Origin: Pseudogymnoascus verrucosus
Lineage: Eukaryota
DNA: 64,000 nt
NCBI GenBank assembly: GCA_001662655.1
Contig: KV460252.1
Strand: one strand, 5' to 3'
Shown here: in pieces, positions 11,596 to 21,904 of the stretch
How positions within the stretch are numbered: position 1 is the stretch's first letter
Layout: the number at the start of each line of letters is the position of its first letter
Translations under genes and position numbers: made by a program
Notes under the pieces: model-generated
Seen by the model: the letters and a program-made list of their open reading frames with translations, nothing else
Told to the model about the DNA's origin: nothing
Database searches by the model: none

Positions 11596-13569
11596 TTATC
11601 TCTTCGGGAGCCACAACCACGCTAAGAGATTAAGCCCTGGCGCTTTTATTTCAGTAATCGAAGTTGTCGTTGGGTATCGAGGCTCTGCATCAACAACAAT
11701 AGAAACAAGTGCATCCTTAAACGCCTCGGTCATATCATCATAAAGCTTATTTGTCCCTTCTGGGGACATGTCAGTCCAAGTCCAAATCTTACCATCCTTC
11801 AATGGAAACAGAATTCCCCTCAATATCCTTGCCAGCCCCTTCAAACACTCAAATTCCGGCGAAAACTCCTCCAAGACAGCCTCAAATCCCTTTTCGCCCA
11901 TATCCGCGGTCTTGCGCACCTGCTGTCGCTTGTCCTGCCTCCACTGCAACAGCCGGCTTGTCTCGGGCAGTTCCTCGGTTTTGGTGCCGTCTTCCTCGCG
12001 TGGGCATATGGCGATGAAAAGGAAAACGTAGAAGAAGGACTCGAGGTCGTGGCGGTAAGTACGCGGGTTATTCTGAACGTATGCTTCAAGAGCGCCGATA
12101 GCCATGAAAGGCGAAGTTCCTACCATAGAACCTTGAGGTGTTGGACCGCGAGAGATATCCCAGGCCGTGTCAAGATCAATAAGCATGCCCTTTGGCGACT
12201 CTGCCGAAGTTGTGGGAGGAGCAATTATTATGTTTGATGCTGCAATGTCCCTGTGGAGTATGCCGCCATCTTGATACAGAGATCGATGGGCCTTGATGGC
12301 ATCGCGGAAGACCTCTAAAAGCTGATGAAGATTGGCGTAATCGAAGATTGAAGTACCAGGGGGCGAAATAATCAAGCAGCTGAATACAGTACTGCGGTAC
12401 CCAGGGCTCTTGGGGAGGTTGGGTCTGTTTTCCTCAAACGTTTCAAGCAGAGCCTTCGCACCGACGGCCCCCGCACTAGTCTCGTTTGATTCTGCAGTCT
12501 GTTCTACAGCTTCTGTATCCTTAAACTGTTGTGGTGGGCCAAAGATTAGGTCTCTTCGCAGGTCCTCAGTTTTATCAATAACTTTGTAGCTATGGAATTG
12601 AACAACCCCCCAGACATTCCTGTCCCGGACCCTTTTTAGTTGTTCTGCCTCTGGTTCGTGCCATGGCGGCTTCCACTTATACTTAACCACAAAATTCCAT
12701 GGCGCATCAGGAGATTCCCTGCCTCTGTGGCACAAAAGGCTGCCCCTGGCAATGACCTCTTCGTCTCTGATGAAAAATGGTGGGGTCTGGAGGTACATCT
12801 TTCCTGGTACTTTTGTTTTCTCATCCTCTACACAAACGTAGGTGCCTTCACTGTCCTCCTTGATAAAGTTGCTCCGTCCCCATTCCTGGTCGCTCATCGA
12901 AGCGTAAGCATCCATGATTGTAAGGAAGCGTTCTGGATGCTCTGTTGTGTTAAACGGCTCGCAGCTGTAGGCTCCAGATCTATCAAACATCCAGCATTCC
13001 ATGGTATTCCCAAAGAGATAAAATCCATGGACGAAAGAACGATCTGGTCGTTTGCTAAACACTGCACGAGCATGACCAAAAAGTTCAAAAAGGCCATCTT
13101 TGTAATCTGAAGCTCCTCCGGGGCGGAATACTCCAACGACTTCAGCTCGTGGTTCTGACTCCGTTATGGCGCTGAACAAGGCAATGCCACCACTCGGACG
13201 TAATGGCGACTTGCTAGGCGGTGTCTGAACTGGACAATATATCACACCCCTTTCATTCAGTTTCAACACTTCGTGTAGCAATAGACACAAATCGATTGGC
13301 GATTCTATCTTTGAAGAGCTTGTCTTGAAATCATCAAGGTCCACAGACGAGACGACCTTTTGAGTGGCTGGAGACCATGATTTGCCGTCGAAGAATTTCT
13401 CAAGGAAGCCTGCAACAGCGGCATGGATACAGCCGTCAATGTCGTCGAGGATATATTCATAATCGTATGCGGAGCTATCGGTAGCAGCTGACGGAGATAT
13501 AAGAGTACCCCGGTCACGAACCAGCAACTTGCCGTTGTCACGAGATAATTTTGATGAAGCACTTCCCAT
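11596..13569 (-). CDS. Fungal-type protein kinase (FunK1 / Pkinase_fungal family)
   Basis: RSFVHGF...WMFDRSG, FVVKYKW, ILHRDIAASNII, GMLIDLD, GTSPFMAIGAL and TYRHDLESFFYVFL are FunK1-type motifs. N-terminus MGSASSK resembles an N-myristoylation signal. Confidence 0.88.
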   Translation of the reverse strand: MGSASSKLSRDNGKLLVRDRGTLISPSAATDSSAYDYEYILDDIDGCIHAAVAGFLEKFFDGKSWSPATQKVVSSVDLDDFKTSSSKIESPIDLCLLLHEVLKLNERGVIYCPVQTPPSKSPLRPSGGIALFSAITESEPRAEVVGVFRPGGASDYKDGLFELFGHARAVFSKRPDRSFVHGFYLFGNTMECWMFDRSGAYSCEPFNTTEHPERFLTIMDAYASMSDQEWGRSNFIKEDSEGTYVCVEDEKTKVPGKMYLQTPPFFIRDEEVIARGSLLCHRGRESPDAPWNFVVKYKWKPPWHEPEAEQLKRVRDRNVWGVVQFHSYKVIDKTEDLRRDLIFGPPQQFKDTEAVEQTAESNETSAGAVGAKALLETFEENRPNLPKSPGYRSTVFSCLIISPPGTSIFDYANLHQLLEVFRDAIKAHRSLYQDGGILHRDIAASNIIIAPPTTSAESPKGMLIDLDTAWDISRGPTPQGSMVGTSPFMAIGALEAYVQNNPRTYRHDLESFFYVFLFIAICPREEDGTKTEELPETSRLLQWRQDKRQQVRKTADMGEKGFEAVLEEFSPEFECLKGLARILRGILFPLKDGKIWTWTDMSPEGTNKLYDDMTEAFKDALVSIVVDAEPRYPTTTSITEIKAPGLNLLAWLWLPKR

Positions 13570-14660
13570 TGCTATAGGGGCGCTAGGGTGTATCGACGTT
13601 GATGACCGACGTTGGAGATAGTGGGCCTGTACGACCTATCAAAACTCTAAAAGCGATGCTGGCTCCGCTTTCTCTCCCCCGCGTCTCTAGTTGTTTAAGA
13701 GCCTCAAAATGGAAGAGCCTCATGGGGGGGGGGGATAGCGCTAGAATATGATTGCCTGGGATCTCTCATTCGTGGGCGAGGGCGAGGGCGAGGGCGAGGG
13801 GGAGTATAGAGGCCCAAGACTGCAGTAATCCCGGTCGGTCCGATCCGTGTTATGAGCCTTGCCGAAGGGGGAAGGGACTATCCTGTGATGCTATCCGGTG
13901 ATAGCTGTGATGCTGTGATGCGCTGTACCAGATGCTCTCACTAGTCCTAGTGAGAGCCGTCCCAGAGATGTGGGAGAGCAAGCATTTTACAGTCTTTTGC
14001 TACCCATGACAAGGCTGAGATGTAACCCTATCCTGTTTCCATTTTTGGGGGACGTGCCGTCGACGAATCGGTGGCTGATTGGTGTATCCGAACCGGTGAG
14101 AGATTGGGCAACCGGTGAAGCAGGATGGATCCCTGTTGTCAGACACAGCCTCGTCGCACCAATGGATTAAAGCCTATGCATGTTGTCTAGTACATAATAT
14201 TCTGTTTGCTGTTTAATAACCCTAACAGTTTCAGCTTTTTTTATTGGACGCCCTTTTTTATTTCCTTAACTCCGCCTTTAACATGGCCACAAGTGGTTCA
14301 CCCCGCTTTAGCCTCGTCTTCGCCCGCTCACATATATCACATTCGTGATTGTTGTAGACCGGTCTTCCTTTGGACCGGCTACCCTGGCCTAATCACATGG
14401 AGAGCTGCAGCCTCATGGAGCGTGGCTGCATATGGGTTATATACTTATGAAGCCTTGCTTATATCTTGCCTTACTTATATATTGCCCGTATGCATGCGCT
14501 GGCAGTGTAACATACATATATCAGAAGATGTAATGAGGCTCAGCAAGGCACTAATAGTTATGAGAGCACTAATTAGTCGCAGTCGCAGCCGCAGCCGCGC
14601 ACATATTCTGTAGAATACGAACCTCGCAAAGTCTCATCTTTCCTCTGGCCCACTCCGGCG

Positions 14661-15506
14661 ATGGCGCTGATTCAGGAGGGCTTCGTTTCAGCAGATACAT
14701 ACAACTCTCTCCCTACCATACAAGAAGTTGCCGATGTCCCACAGGAATATGCAGCCGATCTAGAACATCTCCAAGAGCTGCTCGCTAGACATAATGTTCC
14801 AGAATCCATCAGCATCCGCCTCATTCACAGACACTATGACATTGCCGACGGCGACGCCATGGTCTTCAGAGATATCGCACTACCAGCACATGGCACAGTC
14901 GAAGTCATGCGAGCTACACCAATAGCTTCTGCTCAGCTTCATGGAAAGAATTTCTTTGTTAGCTCTACAGCCCAGCTTCAGGCATACGAGTACACAACTG
15001 AGACAACTGTGGGCCTCTCCGAATATGAGACATTTATTGCAGAGTTTGTCGAAATTGTGGTTCAGCGGAAGTTGCAGCACAAATTTGGCCTCAAAATCAA
15101 TCACCGCAGTGAAATGGAGGTCAAGGCGGACCAGAAGGAGTTCGAATTTCCAGAGGAACAATGCACAATCACGATTCCCATCACCTTACCTCTACCAGAA
15201 GCTACTCATGAGATTGATGTTGACACGGATTGGGGCGCCGTCGACATCCAGCATAAGCGCAAGCGGGGAAAGACCAAGCCGAGGCCAAGGCCAAGCAGTA
15301 CTCGAACAACCTGCAGTCATGGTGGTCCTGCTGCCCCGGAAGATTGTCGAGGAGAATGTGCGAAGGAGGGTCATGGTGGTCCTGCTGCCCCGGAAGATTG
15401 TCGAGGGGAATGTGCGAAGGAGGGCGGAATATTGTTTGATGGAAGGATTGTTCAGCTGGGTACACCTTTCCATGGGCTGCTTAACAACCTCATGGAAGTA
15501 TGGTGA
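14661..15506 (+). CDS. Hypothetical protein with a duplicated Cys/His 18-aa repeat
   Basis: 281-aa ATG-initiated ORF of globular composition; basic patch KRKRGKTKPRPRP; HGGPAAPEDCRGECAKEG twice. Confidence 0.7.
   Translation: MALIQEGFVSADTYNSLPTIQEVADVPQEYAADLEHLQELLARHNVPESISIRLIHRHYDIADGDAMVFRDIALPAHGTVEVMRATPIASAQLHGKNFFVSSTAQLQAYEYTTETTVGLSEYETFIAEFVEIVVQRKLQHKFGLKINHRSEMEVKADQKEFEFPEEQCTITIPITLPLPEATHEIDVDTDWGAVDIQHKRKRGKTKPRPRPSSTRTTCSHGGPAAPEDCRGECAKEGHGGPAAPEDCRGECAKEGGILFDGRIVQLGTPFHGLLNNLMEVW
15316..15423 (+). repeat. 54-bp tandem duplication inside the 281-aa ORF
   Basis: GTCATGGTGGTCCTGCTGCCCCGGAAGATTGTCGAGG(A/G)GAATGTGCGAAGGAGG x2 with one synonymous mismatch. Confidence 0.95.
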
Positions 15507-15743
15507 TGTTCATATTGTATTTGACTGTTATTATAGCGTATGATTAGTTTGTTACGGAAACATAGGGTTGTTAGTTAGCCCATATGCTTCAAGAGGCGCA
15601 CATGATGAGGATATATCCAGTTTCTACCAAGACCAAATTGAAATTGCATGTGCAGGAAAGTAAGACACCTTGTAAAAGACAAGGCACCCACGGGTTCTCG
15701 AGTACGATCTAACATACAGTATTCGCCTAAATCCCCTCCACAA

Positions 15744-16790
15744 TTAAGATTTCTGACTTTCGATCTCCAGCATTCCGATCTTCAATCCTGCCTCATGAGA
15801 GCTCTTAAATTGAGACCAGGCGGCATTCATGGCAGATGATGTACCCATAGCAGCCACCATTCTCTCATGAATCATTTCCACTGGACTCTTCCCGCCATAC
15901 TGGTTTCCAATACAAATCAGAGTCTGATCCCTTGCTTCAATGACCCCAAACAAATTATTCGACAAAAGCAAATGTTCCTCTCCGCTAATGGCATAGTCTG
16001 GTGCCACGAAATGACCTTGGTGTAACGCGGCCTGGTTATTGAGTACGATTCGTTCGAATGTACTACCTGTCGCACGAGTCGCATATCCCTTCATGGAAAA
16101 TGCTGTAACTGCCCGTGATACTTTGTCGACTGCAATACTAGCGATGATTTGCATTTCTTCCTTTTCAACACCAAGGTTCTCGAGTGATGATTGGTAGACC
16201 GTCATCTGAGTTTCGGGGTCCTTCGGCTTGAAATCGGTATTGAGACGATCGAGCAACATTGTAACCTCGGCCAGTGTCTTTTCAAGGCCTTCCTTATCAA
16301 TCATTGACCACGATACACGTCTGCGGACCATATTGGAGCTCTCATATGTGCTCGTGCGAGTTGCTCTTCTAGACAGCTTTTGAAACAGCTTCCGGTGCCT
16401 GCTCTCATTCTCCTCCTCTTTTGCCAAACTGCTTCCAACTTTTTCAAATGCTAGAGGTTCGTCGCTAAAGTGATAGTCATTCAGAGTTTCGTTTGCATCG
16501 TCCATGAGCTTTTGGATGTGAGTCAACGTTTGAGCTGCGAGCTTCGCATTCTTCTCCGTGGGGCGCTCGATGAGAAACTTGTTTGAAGGCGCCCCGGAGC
16601 GGTCCATTAGGCCCACGGCTTCTGCCCAACTTCTTGTCGAGTTGTCAAGCAACGTAGCCTGGAGCATTAAAGTTGTTAGGTCCTTGGGGAAGTTGCGCGC
16701 CCTGGTGAAGTCCTTGTAACATTGAAGGAGGTTCTGAAGCACGGAAGCCACTCCGGCGATTCCAAGGATAGTCGCAGCAAGTTCTGCCAT
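15744..16790 (-). CDS. HET-S-like protein: HeLo (prion-inhibition) domain plus two-repeat HET-s-related amyloid domain
   Basis: N-terminus MAELAATILGIAGVASVLQNLLQCYKDFTRARNFPKD is colinear with HET-S as recalled (G10, G13-V14-A15, N20, C24, R32, F34, D37); also W-AEAV and the HeLo-type RVSWSMIDK...L. The C-terminal region has R1 STFERIVLNNQAALHQGHFVA, a 15-aa loop and R2 NLFGVIEARDQTLICIGNQYG-GK (HET-s R2 ends LIGNEYGGK). Confidence 0.88.
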   Translation of the reverse strand: MAELAATILGIAGVASVLQNLLQCYKDFTRARNFPKDLTTLMLQATLLDNSTRSWAEAVGLMDRSGAPSNKFLIERPTEKNAKLAAQTLTHIQKLMDDANETLNDYHFSDEPLAFEKVGSSLAKEEENESRHRKLFQKLSRRATRTSTYESSNMVRRRVSWSMIDKEGLEKTLAEVTMLLDRLNTDFKPKDPETQMTVYQSSLENLGVEKEEMQIIASIAVDKVSRAVTAFSMKGYATRATGSTFERIVLNNQAALHQGHFVAPDYAISGEEHLLLSNNLFGVIEARDQTLICIGNQYGGKSPVEMIHERMVAAMGTSSAMNAAWSQFKSSHEAGLKIGMLEIESQKS

Positions 16791-17520
16791 GATGGTATCT
16801 AGGATTTGCGAGGCTGTGAGCTATTTATATAAAACATATAAGACCCTCAAAGACAACCTATAGAGTGATAAATTGGAGACAAGCAATAAAAGTTCTTTTC
16901 ACAAGAGGCACCAGGTTTGATGAGCAGCAGGAGCAGACCTGAGGCTGATGATAAAGAAAAGGAGGACGGCTAAAGTTAACCCCCCATCTGCCTATTCCTA
17001 CCCAACGGTAAATGAACTGAGCCGCTTCATAAATGAGGCGGCCTGTTTAATAACTGTCTTGGTTTACAGTTGGGCAGGAACATATACCTTCGTAGTTGCG
17101 AGGGCCTTGAAGTCGCCTTGGACCAAGGCTTGGAGAGCCTCGGATAACTGATGCGCTGGAATTCTGCATTAACCATAACGTATCAGAATGAAACATTTTC
17201 TCTATGGTCGCAATCTACAAACTAGTTGGCTGACTGAGGAATTTTTTATAATTGATGGACCTCATTGAAAGAGCAGCGCTTATTTTTATTTTAGTGTGCT
17301 TGCATGGGTGGATGACGGTGTGGGTGCCTCTCATGCAGACATATGTGTTCGGTGAGCGACTAATGTGATGCCTTGCATCCTGCATGCCCTCTTCCCATGA
17401 CTTCCCGCCTCCCTCATTTCCACGAGAGCCTTGCGACCGTACGTATTTACTCTGTACATATCTTCCATTAGATGGACTGCTATCATCGGTGGACTGCATT
17501 GCAAAGTATCTGAAATCAAA

Positions 17521-20101
17521 ATGTCGCAGATTCACGGCCATAAGAGTAATTCATACGATAGCATTAAGCTCGATGGCACCAGCCGGCTTAGTATCGGTGA
17601 TACCTTCAATAATACTGTGTGTACGTAAACCGTGTACTAAGGCTCGCATTTGCTGCCATATTATCTAACATATTCAAGTCCAACAACCCGTGGCGCCGTT
17701 GCCAGTCCCCAAGCAGCATTTCAACGTTCTCCTTCCAAGGGCCCAGCATTTTGTAGGGCGAGATGGAGAATTGGCACAACTTACCAAGGCTCTTGAGTCC
17801 GGAAAAAAGGCGGTCGTAGCAGGACTTGGGGGCGTAGGGTATGTTACGTCTTATAATAATATGAGCAGAGTTCCTAACTACCCGAATAGAAAATCACAGA
17901 TTGCATTAGAATACTGCTATCAGTACCGAAAGAAATACCCGATTAGTTACGTATGGTGGATTGATGCAGTTAACACGGCCAGAATCGTTCAGGCGTATTC
18001 TGACATTGCAGAAACTCTCCATCTACCCGTCTCAAGCAAAGAAAATCTGATGAGAGATGTCCGCATTTGGTTCTCGCAACCTGAGAATGGCCAGTGGCTA
18101 TTTGTTTTTGACAATGTAAACGACCCGGAGGCGGTTCTCCAGCGTCCAATCGACGGACAGACAGGATCAATGCTCGACTATATGCCACACAACCATCTAG
18201 GGGGTCAGATTATAATTACCTCCATAACAAAGGAGGCGGCATATATCGTCAATGCGGAGCTTATTGAGGTCGATATCCTCCCTAGTTCAGAAGCTCGCCT
18301 GCTGATTAGGTCATATCTGCCACAGCCCCCTGACAATTCAACATCCGAGGATCTTGATATGCTGGCAGATACACTTAGCTGCATTCCTCTTGCACTAACA
18401 CAGGCTTCGAAGTATCTTAGACAGATGGGAAAAACTGTCAAGGAATACCTCTCGATGCTTAAAAACGGTGCTCAAAAGTCTTCGCTATTATCAAGGCATC
18501 TAGGCTCGCATCATCAGTATCATGAGAATCAGCATACAATCTTCACGGTCTTGAATGTTTCATATACAACACTCAAACACAAACATAAGTTGGGGTTCGA
18601 GATGCTGAACATTGCCTGTTGGCTTCATCGCGTCAACATCCCAGAAAGAATCCTCCGCCAACATTGTCAAGGCGACAAGGAGATGAGCGAAGTTGAATTT
18701 GACGAGGCAATATTGCCATTAATGCAATATTCTTTCTTGGAGAAGCAAAGCCGAGATTCAGGTTCAGACGAGGCTGTGTACTGTATGCACAGCTTAATAC
18801 AAGCTGTAGTGCAGATTTTTCAGTCTGAAGAGGGCCTGGAAGACGCCTCAAAATCAAACGCTCTGATGCTTATTGAACAGGAGACTATTCCACTAATGTA
18901 CAAACACAACTGGCACGCCCTAGAGTCTTGGCTGCCACATATCCACTCTGTCATTCAGTGCAGCAATGGCTCTACACTTATACAACATCAATCACGTTCG
19001 CCCCTCCATCTTCTTCTTGGTACATACAGTTTCAGCGTGCTATCTCGTGAGGATGAAGCTATGGAATACCTAGAAGCTAGTCTACCTGACTTGCAGCGAC
19101 CAGTAGATATATCTAACGGCGCCGTCTTTCTTGCATCCTGCTATGAGGAGAAAGTCAATGGAAAACCTAAGGCTATAGAACTACTCAGGTTGACCCTGGA
19201 ACGCCCAGATATCTGCTCAGCTCCTATGAGCTTAGCAATTAGATTAGAGGCCCGATTCAGGTGCAAGATTGCAGCCCTACTATGCGAATTATCGCCTCCT
19301 CAACCCAAAGAAGCGCAAGACGAAGTTTCTAAAGCCGCGGAGCTACTAGGGAGATTTGAAATTGTGGGTCATTCTTATGAGCAACTCATCCCGTACATGA
19401 TCACGCGGTGCCGTGGTAAAATTGCTCTTGTGCACGCTGCGACTAGCAACTCTAAAGAAGCCGACGAACTCCTTCGCGAATCAGAAATTGAGGTACTAGA
19501 GTACTGGAAGCGGCTCAAAGATATTAAGACACCATCTAATGTTGATAACAATCGAAAAGTTGGCCTATTGTCCCTGCTTGGGCAGGTCTATATGGCACAG
19601 GCAGCACGTGGACAACCTCAAGTCAAAGAACAGAAATTGAAAGACGCTGAGCTGTCGTTTAGGACATGCTACAACTTTTGCAGGCATGATAGCGGTGATC
19701 TCAGTACATGGGCTCTAAGGGCTTTATATGAGCTGGCTGAATGTTTGCGGGAGCAGAAACGATACTACGACATGGAGGTGTTACTGAAGGTTCTAACGTC
19801 TAACTCGGGCATAGCGGAGCAGGGGAAGACGAGTGCAAAGTTCCTCAAGTCTGTAGATCTTTTGAGTTGGGTGCTAATGGAGCAGGGAAAGTGGCAAGAG
19901 GCATTGGATGTCTGTGAAAATTTCTACCCGGCCATGGAAAAGGTTTGTGGCGAAGGTCATCGTAACACTGTTGATGTTAGAAAGCGGCAGGTCGTACTAA
20001 GGGTGGCTATTGATCGGCAGCGGGAGAAGATGAATTGGGATAAGCCGAATTGGGATACGATGAACTGGAATAAGATGAAATGGTTCTCCTCCTGGATGTA
20101 A
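17521..20101 (+). CDS. NLR-like protein: N-terminal amyloid motif (R0), NB-ARC, TPR-like helical domain; exons 17521-17620, 17679-17838, 17890-20101
   Basis: Exon 1 encodes MSQIHGHKSNSYDSIKLDGTSRLSIGDTFNNTV. Intron GTACGT...CTAAC...AAG (17621-17678) splices in frame. Removing a 51-nt intron GTATGT...CTAAC...TAG (17839-17889) restores Walker A GLGGVGKS. Also FVGRDGEL, Walker B WLFVFDNV, CIPLAL (GLPLA-like), MHSLIQ (MHD-like) and TPR-like LAECLREQKRY, LMEQGKWQEA, GEGHRNT. Confidence 0.9.
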
Positions 20102-20697
20102 TGCGTTATGGGAGTCGAAGCAGACTTCGCAAAACTTTCAGCTATGTCTGCTTCGATATAACGATATAATGATATAACGACGGAGTTTTGGAGTTATAGT
20201 TAGTGAGCAACTATTTTATTCCTAATTTTGAAATTCTCATAATTCGATTGGATTGCCGCCCTCTCTACCCCACAAGAGAGGGACGGAGCGGTTTCATCGT
20301 GTTTGTGGGGTAAGGATCCACCAATATGATAACCTTGGCGTACGTCACGCCACATTCTGGTGGTGCCAGGTACGAAACCCACGAACAACCAACAACGACC
20401 AACAAGGAAAGGAAAACAAATATAACTTCGACTTTTAACCTTGGCTGTGTGAATATATATATTTATTGCTTGGATAAATATCACTAAAGGTTTTGGATAC
20501 CACGGCCGCGAAAGAGAACACCTGTGGAGAATAACCGTCGAACGACTCCAGTAGGGATTATCAGAAACCAACAACCCCACATCCACCATCGTCCCCTCAA
20601 CCAACTATCACGAAAGTATCACGAAACAACCTCACACCTTTCACATCACCATCTACATCCTCAAACCCTAAAAAACAACACAGCTACAACAGCAACA

Positions 20698-21337
20698 ATG
20701 ACAGAAGCCACCTCCCAAATGGACACCACCACCAGGTCCCTCGCCTCCCGCTCCCCAACACCAACAGCCCTCGTCTCACCCCCCACACCCACATCTGGGA
20801 CATCGACACCGGACATGCCGTAGGTCCCCTAAATTATCCCCCTCCACCCAGTCTACAGCTAACCCCTCCCCCAGTGGCACACCAACCTCAACAACAACCT
20901 CCCTCTCCACCCTCTCCACAACAGCCATCAAAGACGGCCACCGCGGCACCCACCCCCCAGCCCAAGACGCCGAGCGCGACGACCGCATTAGCCGACTAAC
21001 CGGCATGTCCGGCCTCCGCCACCCAGGACCACGAGTCCTCTCCACCGTCGGCAGCGCGAGCGCCACGAGCGCAGGAGGCGGACGCGGAAACGAGGATAAT
21101 GGGTCAGTAGGCGGCTCAGCGGCCGGGGAAAGGGGTGATGGAGATGAAAGTGGGGTGGAGAGCGCGATGGGGGAGGGGACGCTAAGTTTGGCAGGGAGTC
21201 AGGAGGGGGCGGGACGGGAGGCGGAGAGGATTGTGAGGAGGCTTGATGGGGGGGATGGAGAGCCGGCGGGGGGAAGGGCGATGGGGAGTCCGGAGGGGGA
21301 GGGGCTTGGGAGGTTTTATTTCGAGGATAAGAGGTGA
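20698..21337 (+). CDS. Hypothetical low-complexity protein (2 exons; intron 20820-20874)
   Basis: Exon 1 MTEATSQ...TPDMP; GTAGGT...GCTAAC...CAG intron splices in frame to GTPTSTTTSLSTLSTTAIKDGHRG...STVGSASATS...GLGRFYFEDKR. Confidence 0.75.
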
Positions 21338-21609
21338 TTTGTGGGAGAGGGGCGCGGTGATGGGGAAGATTGGGGGAAAGGTTCAAATGCGGACTGGATT
21401 GATAAGCAGAGGCACGCGGGAGGGTGAAGTGTAGACTGCAGATGGATAGGTGGAGGTGCAAAATGTACTGGTATTGGAGAAAGCCATAAAGCACTCTATA
21501 GCAGCGAAAATCACCCCAATTCCGGCCTTCAGCAACTATATATTGTTCCTATGCGACTTTTATGACATAAGTCCCCCCACCCAAGCAACACCCACACACG
21601 CGGCACCTA

Positions 21610-21904
21610 TTACCTCCGTTCCCGCAACACACAAATATCACTCCGAACAATATCCACATTCACTCTCACTAAATACGTAAACTCTGTGGCCTCAGCTATG
21701 ACGGATGGCACATGCGATAATGCACACAGAAAAGGCGATGGTCGAGAGGCTGAGAAGCAGCTTAATGGTGCCCCGGGCCGAGAGTTTGGTTTTGATGCCG
21801 CTGCGGACGGGGAGGGGGATAGGTTCTTGTGATTCCTCATCGTAGAGTAGGGGTTTGGCGGGGTCTGAGCTTGGGATTGGGGTCTGTGGCCTTGGGTCCG
21901 CCAT
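21610..21904 (-). pseudogene. DEESQ-TM micro-gene paralog A (frameshifted)
   Basis: MADPRPQ...LLYDEESQEPIP...hydrophobic helix, then stop. The tail homologous to paralog B (VIAEATEFTYLVRVNVDIVR) continues in another frame after about 21700. Confidence 0.55.

Noticed and set aside
17690..20101. ORF-track model of the NLR (GTG start, 803 aa)
   Set aside because: It omits exon 1 and reads through the 51-nt intron that interrupts Walker A; the spliced model from ATG 17521 fits better.
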